Below are positions 23,801 to 37,443 of a stretch of 64,000 bases of DNA, one piece after another. The notes under the pieces were generated by a model. It did no database searches. It saw only the letters and a list, made by a program, of their open reading frames with translations, and was not told the DNA's origin. Position 1 is the stretch's first letter, and each line of letters starts with the position of its first letter. Position numbers and translations under genes: made by a program. Origin of the DNA: Eledone cirrhosa (lineage: Eukaryota); the NCBI GenBank assembly GCA_964016885.1, contig CAXHJY010001477.1, forward strand, positions 248,001 through 312,000. Reading direction: 5' to 3'.

Positions 23801-26800
23801 GGGTTGGTAAGGGCTAGAAGGACAGTAGTAGTAATGTCAGAGTTTGTTGGGGTTGGTAAGGGCTAGAAGGACAGTAGTAGTAATGGCAGTGTTTGTTGGG
23901 GCTGGTAAGGGCTAGAAGGACAGTAGTAGTAATGTCAGTGTTTGTTGGGGCTGGTAAGGGCTAGAAGGACAGTAGTAGTAATGTCAGTGTTTGTTGGGGT
24001 TGGTAAGGGCTAGAAGGACAGTAGTAGTAATGGAAGAGTTTGTTGGGGCTAGTAAGGGCTAGAAGGACAGTAGTAGTAATGGCAGAGTTTGTTGGGGCTG
24101 GTAAGGGCTAGAAGGACAGTAGTAGTAATGGCAGAGTTTGTTGGGGCTGGTAAGGGCTAGAAGGACAGTAGTAGTAATGTCAGTGTTTGTTGGGGTTGGT
24201 AAGGGCTAGAAGGACAGTAGTAGTAATGGCAGAGTTTGTTGGGGCTAGTAAGGGCTAGAAGGACAGTAGTAGTAATGGCAGAGTTTGTTGGGGCTGGTAA
24301 GGGCTAGAAGGACAGTAGTAGTAATGTCAGTATTTGTTGGGGTTGGTAAGGGCTAGAAGGACAGTAGTAGAAATGTCAGTGTTTGTTGGGGTTGGTAAGG
24401 GCTAGAAGGACAGTAGTAGTAATGGCAGAGTTTGCTGGGGCTGGTAAGGTCTAGAAGGACAGTAGTAGTAATGGCAGAGTTTGTTGGGGCTGGTAAGGTC
24501 TAGAAGGACAGTAGTAGTGATGGCAGAGTTTGTTGGGACTGGTAAGGGCTAGAAGGACAGTAGTAGTAATGTCAGTGTTTATTGGGGTTGGTAAGGGCTA
24601 GAAGGACAGTAGTAGCAATGGCAGAGTTTGTTGGGGCTGGTAAGGGCTAGAAGGACAGTAGTAGTAATGGCAGAATTTGTTGGGGCTGGTAACGGCTAGA
24701 AGGACAGTAGTAGTAATGTCAGTGTTTGTTGGGGCTGGTAAGGGCTAGAAGGACAGTAGTAGTAATGTCAGTGTTTGTTGGGGCTGGTAAGGGCTAGAAG
24801 GACAGTAGTAGCAATGGCAGAGTTTGGTGGGGTTGGTAAGGGCTAGAAGGACAGTAGTAGTAATGGCAGAGTTTGTTGGGGCTGGTAAGGTCTAGAAGGA
24901 CAGTAGTAGTAATGGCAGAGTTTGTTGGGGCTGGTAAGGGCTAGAAGGACAGTAGTAGTAATGTCAGTGTTTGTTGGGGTTGGTAAGGGCTAGAAGGACA
25001 GTAGTAGTAATGGCAGAGTTTGTTGGGGCTAGTAAGGGCTAGAAGGACAGTAGTAGTAATGGCAGAGTTTGTTGGGGCTGGTAAGGTCTAGAAGGACAGT
25101 AGTAGTAATGGCAGAGTTTGTTGGGACTGGTAAGGGCTAGAAGGACAGTAGTAGTAATGTCAGTGTTTGTTGGGGTTGGTAAGGGCTAGAAGGACAGTAG
25201 TAGCAATGGCAGAGTTTGTTGGGGCTGGTAAGGGCTAGAAGGACAGTAGTAGTAATGGCAGAGTTTGTTGGGGCTGGTAAGGTCTAGAAGGACAGTAGTA
25301 GTAATGGCAGAGTTTGTTGGGGCTAGTAAGGCTAGAAGGAGAGTAGTAGTAATGGCAGAGTTTGTTGGGGCTGGTAAGGGCTAGAAGGACAGTAGTAGTA
25401 ATTGCAGAGTTTGTTGGGGCTGGTAAGGGCTAGAAGGAGAGTAGTAGTAATGTCAGTGTTTGTTGGGGCTGGTAAGGGCTAGAAGGACAGTAGTAGTAAT
25501 GGCAGAGTTTGTTGGGGCTGGTAAGGGCTAGAAGGACAGTAGTAGTAATGGCAGAATTTATTGGGGTTGGTAAGGGCTAGAAGGAGAGTAGTAGTAAAGT
25601 GCAGAATTTGTTGGGGCTGGTAAGGGCTAGAAGGGCAGTAGTAGTAATGGCAGAGTTTGTTGGGGCTGGTAAGGGCTAGAAGGACAGTAGTATTAAAGGC
25701 AGAATTTGTTGGTGCTGGTAAGGGCTAGAAGGACAGCAGTAGTAATGGCAGAATTTGTTGGGGTTGGTAAGGGCTAGAAGGACAGTAGTAGTAATGGCAG
25801 AGTTTGTTGGGGCTGGTAAGGGCTAGAAGGACAGTAGTGGTAATGGCAGAGTTTGTTGGGGCTGGTAAGGGCTAGAAGGGCAGTAGTAGTAATGGCAGAG
25901 TTTGTTGGGGCTGGTAAGGGCTAGAAGGACAGTAGTGGTAATGGCAGAATTTGTTGTGGCTGGTAAGGGCTAGAAGGGCAGTAGTAGTAATGGCAGAGTT
26001 TGTTGGGGCTGGTAAGGGCTAGAAGGACAGCAGTAGTAATGGCAGAATTTGTTGTGGCTGGTAAGGGCTAGAAGGGCAGTAGTAGTAATGGCAGAGTTTG
26101 TTGGGGTTGGTAAGGGCTAGAAGGACAGTAGTAGTAATGGCAGAGTTTGTTGGCGTTGGTAAGTGCTAGAAGGGCAGTAGTAGTAATGGCAGAGTTTGTT
26201 GGGGCTGGTAAGGTCTAGAAGGACAGTAGTAGTAATGGCAGAGTTTGTTGGGGTTACTAAGGGCTAGAAGGACAGTAGTAGTAATGGCAGAGTTTGTTGG
26301 GGCTGGTAAGGGCTAGAAGGACAGTAGTAGTAATGGCAGAGTTTGTTGGGGTTGGTAAGTGCTAGGACACTAGTAGTAATGGCAGAGTTTGGTGGGGTTG
26401 GTAAGGGCTAGAAGGACAGTAGTAGTAATGGCAGAGTTTTTTGGGGATAGTAAGGGCTAGAAGGACAGTAGTAGCAATGGCAGAGTTTGTTGGGATGGTA
26501 AGGGCTAGAAGGACAGTAGTAGTAATGGCAGAGTTTGTTGGGGCTAGTAAGGGCTAGAAGGACAGTAGTAGTAATGGCAGAGTTTGTTGGGACTGGTAAG
26601 GGCTAGAAGGACAGTAGTAGTAATGGCAGAGTTTGTTGGGGCTAGTAAGGGCAAGAAGGACAGTAGTAGTAATGGCAGAGTTTGTTGGGGCTGGTAAGGG
26701 CTAGAAGGACATTAGTAGTAATGGCAGAGTTTGTTGGGGTTGGTAAGGGCTACAAGGACAGTAGTAGCAATGGCAGAGTTTGTTGGGGCTGGTAAGGCTA

Positions 26801-29800
26801 GAAGGACAGTAGTAGTAATGGCAGAGTTTGTTGGGGCTGGTAAGGGCTAGAAGGACAGTAGTGGTAATGGCAGAGTTTGTTGGGATTGGTAAGGGCTAGA
26901 AGGACAGTAGTAGTAATGGCAGAGTTTGCTGGGGCTGGTAAGGGCTAGAAGGACAGTAGTGGTAATGGCATAGTTTGTTGGGGCTGGTAAATGTAGAAGG
27001 ACAGTAGTGGTAAAGGCAGAGTTTGTTGGGGCAAGTGAGGGCTAGAAGGACAGTAGTAGCAATGATAGAGTTTGTTAGGGCTGGTAAGGTCTAGAAGGAC
27101 AGTAGTAATAATGGCAGAGTTTTTGGGGGTTGGTAAGGGCTAGAAGGACAGTAGTAGTAATGGCAGAGTTTGTTGGGGATAGTAAGGTCTAGAAGGGCAG
27201 TAGTAGTAATGGCAGAGTTTGTTGGGGATGGTAAGGGCTAGAAGGACAGTAGTAGTAATGGCAGAGTTTGTTGGGGATGGTAAGGGCTAGAAGGACAGTA
27301 GTAGTAATGGCAGAGTTTGTTGGGGATGGTAAGGGCTAGAAGGACAGTAGTAGTAATGGCAGAGTTTGTTGGGGATGGTAAGGGCTAGAAGGACAGTAGT
27401 AGTAATGGCAGAGTTTGTTGGGGATGGTAAGGGCTAGAAGGACAGTAGTAGTAATGGCAGAGTTTGTTGGGACTGGTAACGTCTAGACGGACAGTTGTCA
27501 TAATGACAGAGTTTGTTGGGGCTGGTAAGGGCTTGAAGGACAGTAGTAGTAATGGCAGGGTTTGTTGGGATTGGTAAGGGCTAGAAGGACAGTAGTAGTA
27601 ATGGCAGAGTTTGTTGGGACTGGTAAGGGCTAGAAGGACAGTAGTAGTAATGGCAGAGTTTGTTAGGGCTGGTAAGGGCTAGAAGGACAGTAGTAGTAAT
27701 GGCAGAGTTTGTTGGGGATGGTAAGGGCTAGAAGGACAGTAGTAGTAATGGCAGAGTTTGTTGGGGATGGTAAGGGCTAGAAGGACAGTAGTAGTAATGG
27801 CAGAGTTTGTTGGGACTGGTAACGTCTAGACGGACAGTTGTCATAATGACAGAGTTTGTTGGGGCTGGTAAGGGCTTGAAGGACAGTAGTAGGAATGTCA
27901 GAGTTTGTTGGGATTGGTAAGGGCTAGAAGGGCAGTAGTAGTAATGGCAGAGTTTGTTGGGGCTGGTAAGGGCTAGAAGGACAGTAGTAGTAATGGCAGA
28001 GTGTGATAGGGCTGGTAAGGCTAGAAGGACAGTAGTAGTAATGGCAGAGTTTGTTGGGGATGGGAAGGGCTAGAAGGACAGTAGTAGTAATAACATAGTT
28101 TGTTGGGGATGGTAAGGGCTAGAAGGACAGTAGTAGCAAAGGCAGAGTTTGTTGGGGTTGGTAAGCGCTAGAAGGACAGTCGTAGTAATGGCAGAGTTTG
28201 TTGGGATTGGTAAGGGCTAGAAGGACAGTAGTAGTAATGTCAGAGTTTGTTGGGATTGGTAAGGGCTAGAAGGACAGTAGTAGTAATGGCAGAGTTTGTT
28301 GGGGCTGGTAAGGTCTAGAAGGACAGTAGTAGTAATGGCAGAGTTTGTTGGGGCTGGTAAATGTAGAAGGACAGTAGTGGTAAAGGCAGAGTTTGTTGGG
28401 GTTGGTAAGTGCTAGGACACTAGTAGTAATGGCAGAGTTTGGTGGGGTTGGTAAGGGCTAGAAGGACAGTAGTAGTAATGGCAGAGTTTGTTGGGGTTGG
28501 TAAGTGCTAGGACACTAGTAGTAATGGCAGAGTTTGGTGGAGTTGGTAAGGGCTAGAAGGACAGTAGTAGTAATGGCAGAGTTTGTTGGGGCTGGTAAGG
28601 GCTAGAAGGACAGTAGTAGTAATGGCAGAGTTTGTTGGGGATGGTAAGGGCCAGAAGGACACTAGTAGTAATGGCAGAGTTTGGTGGAGTTGGTAAGGGC
28701 TAGAAGGACAGTAGTAGTAATGGCAGAGTTTGTTGGGGCTGGTAAAGGCAAGAAGGACAGTAGTATTAATGGCAGAGTTTGTTGGGGATGGTAAGGGCTA
28801 GAAGGACAGTAGTAGTAATGGCAGAGTTTCTTGGGACTGGTAAGGGCTAGAAGGACAGTAGTAGTAATGGCAGAGTTTGTTGGGGCTAGTAAGGGCTAGA
28901 AGGAGAGTAGTAGTAATGGCAGAGTTTGTTGGGGATGGTAAGGTCTAGACGGACAGTTGTCATAATGACAGAGTTTGTTGGGGCTAGTAAGGGCTTGAAG
29001 GACAGTAGTAGTAATGTCAGAGTTTGTTGGGATTGGTAAGGGCTAGAAGGACAGTAGTAGTAATGGCAGAGTTTGTTGGGACTGGTAAGGGCTAGAAGGC
29101 CAGTAGTAGTAATGGCAGAGTTTGTTGGGGCTGGTAGGGCTAGGACACTAGTAGTAATGGCAGAGTTTGTTGGGGCTGCTAAGGGCTAGAAGGACACTAG
29201 TAGTAATAGCAGAGTTTGGTGGGGTTGGTAAGGGCTAGAAGGACAGTAGTAGTAATGGTAGAGTTTGTTGGGGCTGGTAAGGGCTAGAAGGACAGTAGTA
29301 GTAATGGCAGAGTTTGTTGGGGATAGTAAGGGCTAGAAGTACAGTAGTAGTAATGGCAGAGTTTGTTGGGACTGGTAAGGGCTAGAAGGACAGTAGTAGT
29401 AATGGCAGAGTTTGTTGGGGCCGGTAAGGTCTAGACGGACAGTTGTCATAATGACAGAGTTTGTTGGGGCTAGTAAGGGCTTGAAGGACAGTAGTAGTAA
29501 TGTCAGAGTTTGTTGGGATTGGTAAGGGCTAGAAGGACAGTAGTAGTAATGGCAGAGTTTGTTGGGGATGGTAAGGGCTAGAAGGACAGTAGTAGTAATG
29601 TCAGAGTTTGTTGGAGTTGGTAAGGGCTAGAAGGACAGTAGTAGTAATGGCAGAGTTTGTTGGGGATGGTAAGGGCTAGAAGGACAGTAGTAGTAATGGC
29701 AGAGTTTGTTGGGGATGGTAAGGGCTAGAAGGACAGTAGTAGTAATAACATAGTTTGTTGGGGATGGTAAGGGCCAGAAGGACAGTAGTAGTAATGGCAG

Positions 29801-32800
29801 AGTTTGTTGGGGCTGGTAAGGGCTAGAAGGACAGTAGTAGTAATGTCAGTGTTTGTTGGGGCTGGTAAGGTCTAGAAGGACAGTAGTAGTAATGGCAGAG
29901 TTTGTTGGGGATAGTAAGGGCTAGAAGGACAGTAGTAGTAATGGCAGAGTTTGGTGGGGTTGGTAAGGGCTAGAAGGACAGTAGTAGTAATGGCAGAGTT
30001 TGGTGGGGTTGGTAAGGGCTAGAAGGACAGTAGTAGTAATGTCAGTGTTTGTTGGGGCTGGTAAGGTCTAGAAGGACAGTAGTAGTAATGGCAGAGTTTG
30101 TTGGGGATAGTAAGGGCTAGAAGGACAGTAGTAGTAATGGCAGAGTTTGGTGGGGTTGGTAAGGGCTAGAAGGACAGTAGTAGTAATGGCAGAGTTTGGT
30201 GGGGTTGGTAAGGGCTAGAAGGACAGTAGTAGTAATGTCAGTGTTTGTTGGGGCTGGTAAGGTCTAGAAGGACAGTAGTAGTAATGGCAGAGTTTGTTGG
30301 GGATAGTAAGGGCTAGAAGGACAGTAGTAGTAATGGCAGAGTTTGGTGGGGTTGGTAAGGGCTAGAAGGACAGTAGTAGTAATGGCAGAGTTTGGTGGGG
30401 TTGGTAAGGGCTAGAAGGACAGTAGTAGTAATGGCAGAGTTTGTTGGGGCTGGTAAAGGCAAGAAGGACAGTAGTAGTAATGTCAGTGTTTGTTGGGGCT
30501 GGTAAGGGCTAGAAGGACAGTAGTAGTAATGGCAGTGTTTGTTGGGGCTGGTAAGGGCTAGAAGGACAGTAGTAGTAATGGCAGAGTTTGTTGGGGCTGG
30601 TAAGGGCTAGAAGGACAGTAGTAGTAATGGCAGAGTTTGTTGGGATTGGTAAGGGCTAGAAGGACAGTAGTAGTAATGGCAGAGTTTGTTGGGACTGGTA
30701 AGGGCTAGAAGGACAGTAGTAGTAATGGCAGAGTTTGTTGGGGCTGGTAAGGGCTAGAAGGACAGTAGTAGTAATGTCAGTGTTTGTTGGGGCTGGTAAG
30801 GGCTAGAAGGACAGTAGTAGTAATGGCAGTGTTTGTTGGGGCTGGTAAGGGCTAGAAGGACAGTAGTAGTAATGGCAGAGTTTGTTGGGGCTGGTAAGGG
30901 CTAGAAGGACAGTAGTAGTAATGGCAGAGTTTGCTGGGGCTGGTAAGGGCTAGAAGGACAGTAGTGGTAATGGCAGAGTTTGTTGGGGCTGGTAAATGTA
31001 GAAGGACAGTAGTGGTAAAGGCAGAGTTTGTTGGGGCTAGTGAGGGCTAGAAGGACAGTAGTAGCAATGATAGAGTTTGTTAGGGCTGGTAAGGTCTAGA
31101 AGGACAGTAGTAGTAATGGCAGAGTTTTGGGGGGTTGGTAAGGGCTAGAAGGACAGTAGTAGTAATGGCAGAGTTTGTTGGGGCTGGTAAGGGCTAGGAC
31201 AGTAGTAGTAATGGCAGAGTTTGTTGGGGATAGTAAGGGCTAGAAGGACAGTAGTAGTAATGGCAGAGTTTGGTGGGGTTGGTAAGGGCTAGAAGGACAG
31301 TAGTAGTAATGGCAGAGTTTGGTGGGGTTGGTAAGGGCTAGAAGGACAGTAGTAGTAATGGCAGAGTTTGTTGGGGATGGTAAGGGCTAGAAGGACAGTA
31401 GTAGTAATGTCAGTGTTTGTTGGGGTTGGTAAGGGCTAGAAGGGCAGTAGTAGTAATGGCAGAGTTTGTTGGGGCTGGTAAGGGCTAGAAGGACAGTAGT
31501 AGTAATGGCAGAGTTTGTTGGGGTTGGTAAATGTAGAAGGACAGTAGTGGTAAAGGCAGAGTTTGTTGGGGCTAGTGAGGGCTAGAAGGACAGTAGTAGG
31601 AATGATAGAGTTTGTTAGGGCTGGTAAGGTCTAGAAGCACAGTAGTAGTAATGGCAGAGTTTTGGGGGGTTGGTAAGGGCTAGAAGGACAGTAGTAGTAA
31701 TGGCAGAGTTTGTTGGGGTTGGTAAGTGCTAGAAGGGCAGTAGTAGTAATGGCAGAGTTTGTTGGGGTTGGTAAGTGCTAGGACACTAGTACTAATGGCA
31801 GAGTTTGGTGGGGTTGGTAAGGGCTAGAAGGACAGTAGTAGTAATGGCAGAGTTTGTTGGGGTTGGTAAGTGCTAGGACACTAGTAGTAATGGCAGAGTT
31901 TGGTGGGGTTGGTAAGGGCTAGAAGGACAGTAGTAGTATTGGCAGAGTTTGTTGGGGCTGGTAAGGGCTAGAAGGACAGTAGTAGTAATGGCAGAGTTTG
32001 TTGGGGCTAGTAAGGGCTAGAAGGACAGTAGTAGTAATGGCAGAGTTTCTTGGGACTGGTAAGGGCTAGAAGGAGAGTAGTAGTAATGGCAGAGTTTGTT
32101 GGGGCTAGTAAGGGCTAGAAGGAGAGTAGTAGTAATGGCAGAGTTTCTTGGGACTGGTAAGGGCTAGAAGGACAGTAGTAGTAATGGCAGAGTTTGTTGG
32201 GGCTAGTAAGGGCTAGAAGGAGAGTAGTAGTAATGGCAGAGTTTGTTGGGGATGGTAAGGTCTAGACGGACAGTTGTCATAATGACAGAGTTTGTTGGGG
32301 CTAGTAAGGGCTTGAAGGACAGTAGTAGTAATGTCAGAGTTTGTTGGGATTGGTAAGGGCTAGAAGGACAGTAGTAGTAATGGCAGAGTTTGTTGGGACT
32401 GGTAAGGGCTAGAAGGCCAGTAGTAGTAATGGCAGAGTTTGTTGGGGCTGGTAAGGGCTAGAAGGACAGTAGTAGTAATGGCAGAGTTTGTTGGGGATAG
32501 TAAGGGCTAGGACACTAGTAGTAATGGCAGAGTTTGTTGGGGCTGGTAAGGGCTAGAAGGACAGTAGTAGTAATGGCAGAGTTTGTTGGGGCTGGTAAGG
32601 GCTAGGACACTAGTAGTAATGGCAGAGTTTGTTGGGGCTGCTAAGGGCTAGAAGGACACTAGTAGTAATAGCAGAGTTTGGTGGGGTTGGTAAGGGCTAG
32701 AAGGACAGTTGTAGTAATGGTAGAGTTTGTTGGGGCTGGTAAGGGCTAGAAGGACAGTAGTAGTAATGGCAGAGTTTGTTGGGGATAGTAAGGGCTAGAA

Positions 32801-33192
32801 GGACAGTAGTAGTAATGGCAGAGTTTGTTGGGGTTGGTAAGGGCTAGAAGGACAGTAGTAGTAATGGCAGAGTTTGTTGGGGTTGGTAAGGGCTAGAAGG
32901 ACAGTAGTAGTAATGGCAGAGTTTGTTGGAGTTGGTAAGGGCTAGAAGGACAGTAGTAGTAATGGCAGAGTTTGTTGGGGTTGGTAAGTTCTAGAAGGAC
33001 AGAGGTAGTAATGGCAGAGTTTGTTGGGATTGGTAAGTGCTAGAAGGACAGTAGTAGTAATGGCAGAGTTTGTTGGGGCTGGTAAGGTCTAGAAGGACAG
33101 TAGTGGTAATGGCACAGTTTGTTGGGGCTAGTAAGGAGTAGAAGGACAGTAGTAGTAATGGCAGAGTTTGTTGGGGCCAGTAAGGGCTAGAA
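20870..33192 (+). repeat. 49-bp G-rich tandem array, ~12.3 kb (~250 units)
   Basis: Unit GGGCTAGAAGGACAGTAGTAGTAATGGCAGAGTTTGTTGGGGCTGGTAA. No ORF of 60 aa or more in the track. Confidence 0.97.
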
Positions 33193-33231
33193 CAGTGTCT
33201 TTCATTAGAAATATGGCAATGAAAGGGTTAA
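33193..33231 (-). mobile_element. Terminus of a second TTAA-type MITE family abutting the 49-bp array
   Basis: CAGTGTCTTTCATTAGAAATATGGCAATGAAAGGG|TTAA. Its reverse complement matches 35306-35340. Partial repeat at 33242-33278. Confidence 0.5.
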
Positions 33232-33615
33232 TGACATAGGTAGTGGCTTTTATTAGAAATATGGTGATGAAAGGGTTTTAAAACAATTTTCAGTGATTTA
33301 GTTCATCTTTCTAACTTTGAAAACTAAAATTGATATTTGTGAGTTTACAAACTGAATAAAAAAAAAATAACAACTTTCTAAAACTGTAATCAAATAAAAT
33401 CTCAAAAGCCTTATTTTGTTGAGGTAGTTTAAAATGTAGTAAAATATGTATTTTGTACAACATATCAATACAAATCGTGTCAAAAGTAGCCTCCCTTTAA
33501 ATTAGTATTTCACAGTGAGCATAATTATTGTGTAGGATCTTGGAAGTTAATGAGGTATTGTTGTGTGTAGTAGGGGAAGGGAACAAGGAGTGTTGAATTT
33601 TTTAAAGCCAGTACA

Positions 33616-33954
33616 ATCATCATCATCATCATTTTACACCAGCTTTTCCCTGCTTGCAAGGGTGGGATGGGAACTGATTCTGGCTTGATTTCTACAGCTG
33701 GATGCCCTTCCTAACACCAACCTCATTTACAGTGAGTGCTGGGTGCTTTTTGGCCGTGGCACCTCCATGTCCACTTTGCAGTGGAATGATATGGACCCCA
33801 GTCCTTATCATCTCATTTCTACAGCTGAGTAAACTGGAGCAATGTGAAATAAAGTGTCTTGCTCAAGGAAACAACACATCACCCGGTCTGAGAATTGAAC
33901 TCACAACCTTTCGATTGCAAGGTCAATGCTCTAACCACTAAGCCATGTGCCTCC
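33616..33954 (-). mobile_element. tRNA/CORE/RTE-tail SINE
   Basis: Reverse complement of the 11324-11664 family. Confidence 0.88.
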
Positions 33955-34616
33955 ATTGGTAGAAAATATGAAGAACAAATGATGATAACTGAAACAATGT
34001 AATGTTTTCCCCAGTATATTTTGGTATGATGTTTCAGGGCTATCAGATGTAAAGTTGAAACAGTCCAAAACAATCTCTGAAATCTCTGATTGGTCATTTA
34101 TTGAAAATAAAATTTTAATATTTTTTAGAAATGTTATCAAGCATTTATTGAATAACCCAATGTGATAGTTTAATGAGCAGTTATTAATTTAAACTCTTTG
34201 CTTCCTTTTCTTCTTTTAACACTTATTGTTCCCTTTGCCCTACTACATTAGATGTCTATACATTACCCTATGTACTATACATACATTTTTGATGAGTTGT
34301 AGTGCACCTGAGCATTGTTCACAATATTTTCATTATTATTATTATTATTAATTGTCAAAGTCCTTTTGTCACAGCTTGTGACCTTATCAGTGACTGCTCA
34401 CTCATGATTTTTCTTTGTTCACACTTACTCCATCTTTTGTCACAGCTTGTGACCGTATCAATGATTATTACTCCTCATCATCTACACTTACTCCATCTAA
34501 TGCTGTGGTAAAAGAACTTTGACAATTATTTGTCTGATTAAGAAAACTGAAGTCAAACTCAGCAGATAGATGTTTTCATAGGCAGCATGACATTTCTAAA
34601 ACTTAAAATTGCTTAC

Positions 34617-34712
34617 CTGACTAGCTGACACAAGCCTTGTTCTATTAACATCACTTAAATCTTCTTCATCTTCAAACTCAAGCAGACTATCAACATCAAA
34701 TTGATCTTCATC
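34617..34712 (-). CDS. PDZD8: Host exon (96 nt, phase 0/0), PDZD8-like
   Basis: actttag|...|gtaagc. Translates DEDQFDVDSLLEFEDEEDLSDVNRTRLVSASQ. Joining to NPCWNE gives a C2-type RT..V..SQNP.WNE.F.F. Confidence 0.72.
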
Positions 34713-34972
34713 CTAAAGTATTTAAATATAAACCAATAAATTTACAAAGAAATTGGAAAATTTCAAATACCAACACAAAAGAATTTTTTTATTAATCAAT
34801 CTTTTGTTCTAACTCCCAAAATGTAAACAAAAGTGTAAACTGCTATTTTGTTTTTCTTACTTTAATCTAGTTTTCACTCTTGTACTTTTTTTGCATTTTA
34901 CTAACATTTCCAAACCAATACTAACCACAACTTTAACATAAACAGTGTATTTCAAATAATTTTGAAAATAAT

Positions 34973-35160
34973 TGTTTCTACTTTTGGCACAAGGCCAGCA
35001 ATTATCCAGTACATTACTGGTACTTTATTTTATCGACCCCATAAGGATGAAAGGCAAAGTTAACCTCGGCGGGATTTGAACTCAGAATGGCAAGGGCCGT
35101 AACTCTATGCGTCAAAGCATGGCGTCCAACCCTCTACCGATACTGCCAATTCACCGCCCT
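34973..35160 (-). mobile_element. tRNA-derived Nin/Deu-domain SINE with 18-bp TSD
   Basis: GCCTTTCATCCTTATGGGGTCGATAAAATAAAGTACCAG domain. TSD AATAATTTTGAAAATAAT at 34955-34972 and 35161-35178. Confidence 0.8.
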
Positions 35161-35619
35161 AATAATTTTGAAAATAATGAAGAATTTTGATGAATTTAGT
35201 AACATAACTTAACATTCTCATTATTAAGGTAATTAATGTTTAGAACATAAAAATTTTAGCATAAAATTATAATGGACAGTTTTTAGATAAATATAAACAC
35301 TTTATTCCTTTCATTACCATTTTTCTAATGGAAGACACTGCTCCAAATAATTTCAAAATAATTTTGAAAATAACCAAGAATTTGGAGTGATTTAATAAAG
35401 TAACTAACTTCCTCATTATTAAGTTGGTATTTGGAACATAACTTAATAAAGGTTTTTACATAAAATTATGATGGAAGATTTTCAGAAAAATATAAAAATT
35501 TTGAAATAAACAGTTTTGTATCAGCACTGCCATCATCACTCTCACTATCACCATGGTTACCATCATCACCCATCATTGCCTTTGCAATTGTCAGTCATGT
35601 AAGAATTATTTTCCTTTAG

Positions 35620-35823
35620 GTGGTGGATTGGCAGTATCAGTAGAGACACAGACACCATGATTTACAGCATAGAGTTCTGGCTCTTTACGTTCTGAGTTCA
35701 ATCCCACCAAGGTTAATTTTGCTTTTCATCCTTACGGTCGTCGATAAAATAAGTAACAGTAATGCACTGGAATCAATTTAATCAACATTTCTCTCCCCTT
35801 CAAATTGCTGGCCTTGTAGAAAC
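35620..35823 (+). mobile_element. Nin/Deu-domain SINE with 16-bp TSD
   Basis: Same family as 34973-35160. TSD AATTATTTTCCTTTAG at 35604-35619 and 35824-35839. Confidence 0.8.
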
Positions 35824-35979
35824 AATTATTTTCCTTTAGACCTACAATCAGGAACATGTGGCTAGGAGCCACATGTGGATCTTTAACCCTATGGCTTTTA
35901 CATTACTCTATATATACTATTATATTTTCATAGTAAAGGCTTTACATCACATAATATCTCACATAACATTTACATTACT

Positions 35980-37092
35980 ATCATCATCATCATCATCATC
36001 GTTTAACGTCCATCTTCCACGCTAGCATGGGTTTGGACGGGAGTTTGCCCACTTGAGGCAAGAGTGGTTGTCCTGCTCGCATAGGACTGTCTGGCGGGTT
36101 TTCTACAGCTGGATGCCCTTCCTAACACCAACCACATTTACAGTGTGGGGCTGGGAGGTTTTTACCGTGTTGCCTACACGGCCACATTACAGCGTGGACT
36201 GTGTGTTTTTTTGTTGTGACACCTACACGATCTCATTTGTTTCGGCCTGGATGTTGTGGTACCAACATAACTTCACATTTAAGGGGGGGGGGGGGTATTT
36301 TGTTAGAGGTGCCTACTGACTATAGTAGGTTTCACTTTGTACTTAGGTAAGGCGGGTCTTCTCTATTACTGTGTAGCGCCAAAGATCTCAGTCCAGTGAC
36401 ATTCTCTTGGAGAGGTGTAAGTGTGTGAGGTTGGAATTTATCAAGTCGTCCCAGGTTTTTCTGGGTCTGCCTACTACGTGGCTACCGTCTATTTTTATTG
36501 CCCTGCACTTTGTTATACAGCAGTCGTCTTTCATGTGCATCACGTGACCATACCAACGTAGCCTTCTCTCGAGTAAACAACATCTGATCCCTCTTATTCC
36601 TAATTTTTCCCTTAGTTCATTTATGCTTTGTCGTTCACGTATATTACTATTACACATCCAGCGGAGCATGCAAGCTTCGTTCCTCTCCAGTCTGCGTATA
36701 TCCTCTGCACACAATGCCCAGGTCTCACTGCCATGCAACATTGCTGTTCGTATGCAGGCATCATACAGCCTGCCTTTCATTTTTAGAGAAAACCCATTAG
36801 CGGCCAATAGTGGTATAAGCTCTCTGAACTTTTTCAATCCAGTTCTGACTCTAGGTACTGTACTTTCAGAGCACCCTCCCCCACTGCTGATTTTGTCACC
36901 TAGGTAACAGAAGCTGTCCACTATTTCTATAGAACCATCTGTGCAATGGAATGAGCTAGTATTCTGTGGGCACTTGCTGCTACTTATTGCACCAGAGCAC
37001 CGGCCACATATAAAATCTATATTCTTAGTTAGCTTACCTGTGATCCCACTACATCTTTTATGCACCCATACTTTGAATTTGGGACATAAAAT
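35980..37092 (-). mobile_element. 5'-truncated RTE LINE inserted in a 72-bp unit
   Basis: ORF 36388..37065 (HKRCSG...FCYLG...HGSETW...RLRWYGHV), 3' UTR and (ATG)n tail. Confidence 0.9.
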
Positions 37093-37094
37093 AC

Positions 37095-37443
37095 TATCAT
37101 CATCATCATCATCATTTCATTTTATGTCCTCTTTTTCCCTGCTTGCAAGGGTGGGACGAGAACTGATGCTGGCTTGATTTCTACAGCTGGATGCCCTTCC
37201 TAACACCAACCTCATTTACAGTGAGTGCTGGGTGCTTTTTTGCCGTGGCACATCCACGACCACTTTGCAGTGGAATGATAGGGACCTCAGTCCCTATCAT
37301 CTCATTTCTACAGCTAAGTAAACTGGAGCAATGTGAAATAAAGTGTCTTGCTCAAGGAAACAACACATCACCTGGTCTGAGAATTGAACTCACAACCTTT
37401 CGATTGCAAGGCCAATGCTCTAACCACTAAGCCATGTGCCTCC
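37095..37443 (-). mobile_element. tRNA/CORE/RTE-tail SINE
   Basis: Same family as 11324-11664 and 33616-33954. Confidence 0.88.

Noticed and set aside
20870-33192. CRISPR-like regular repeats (this and other arrays)
   Set aside because: No unique spacers, no cas genes, eukaryotic context.
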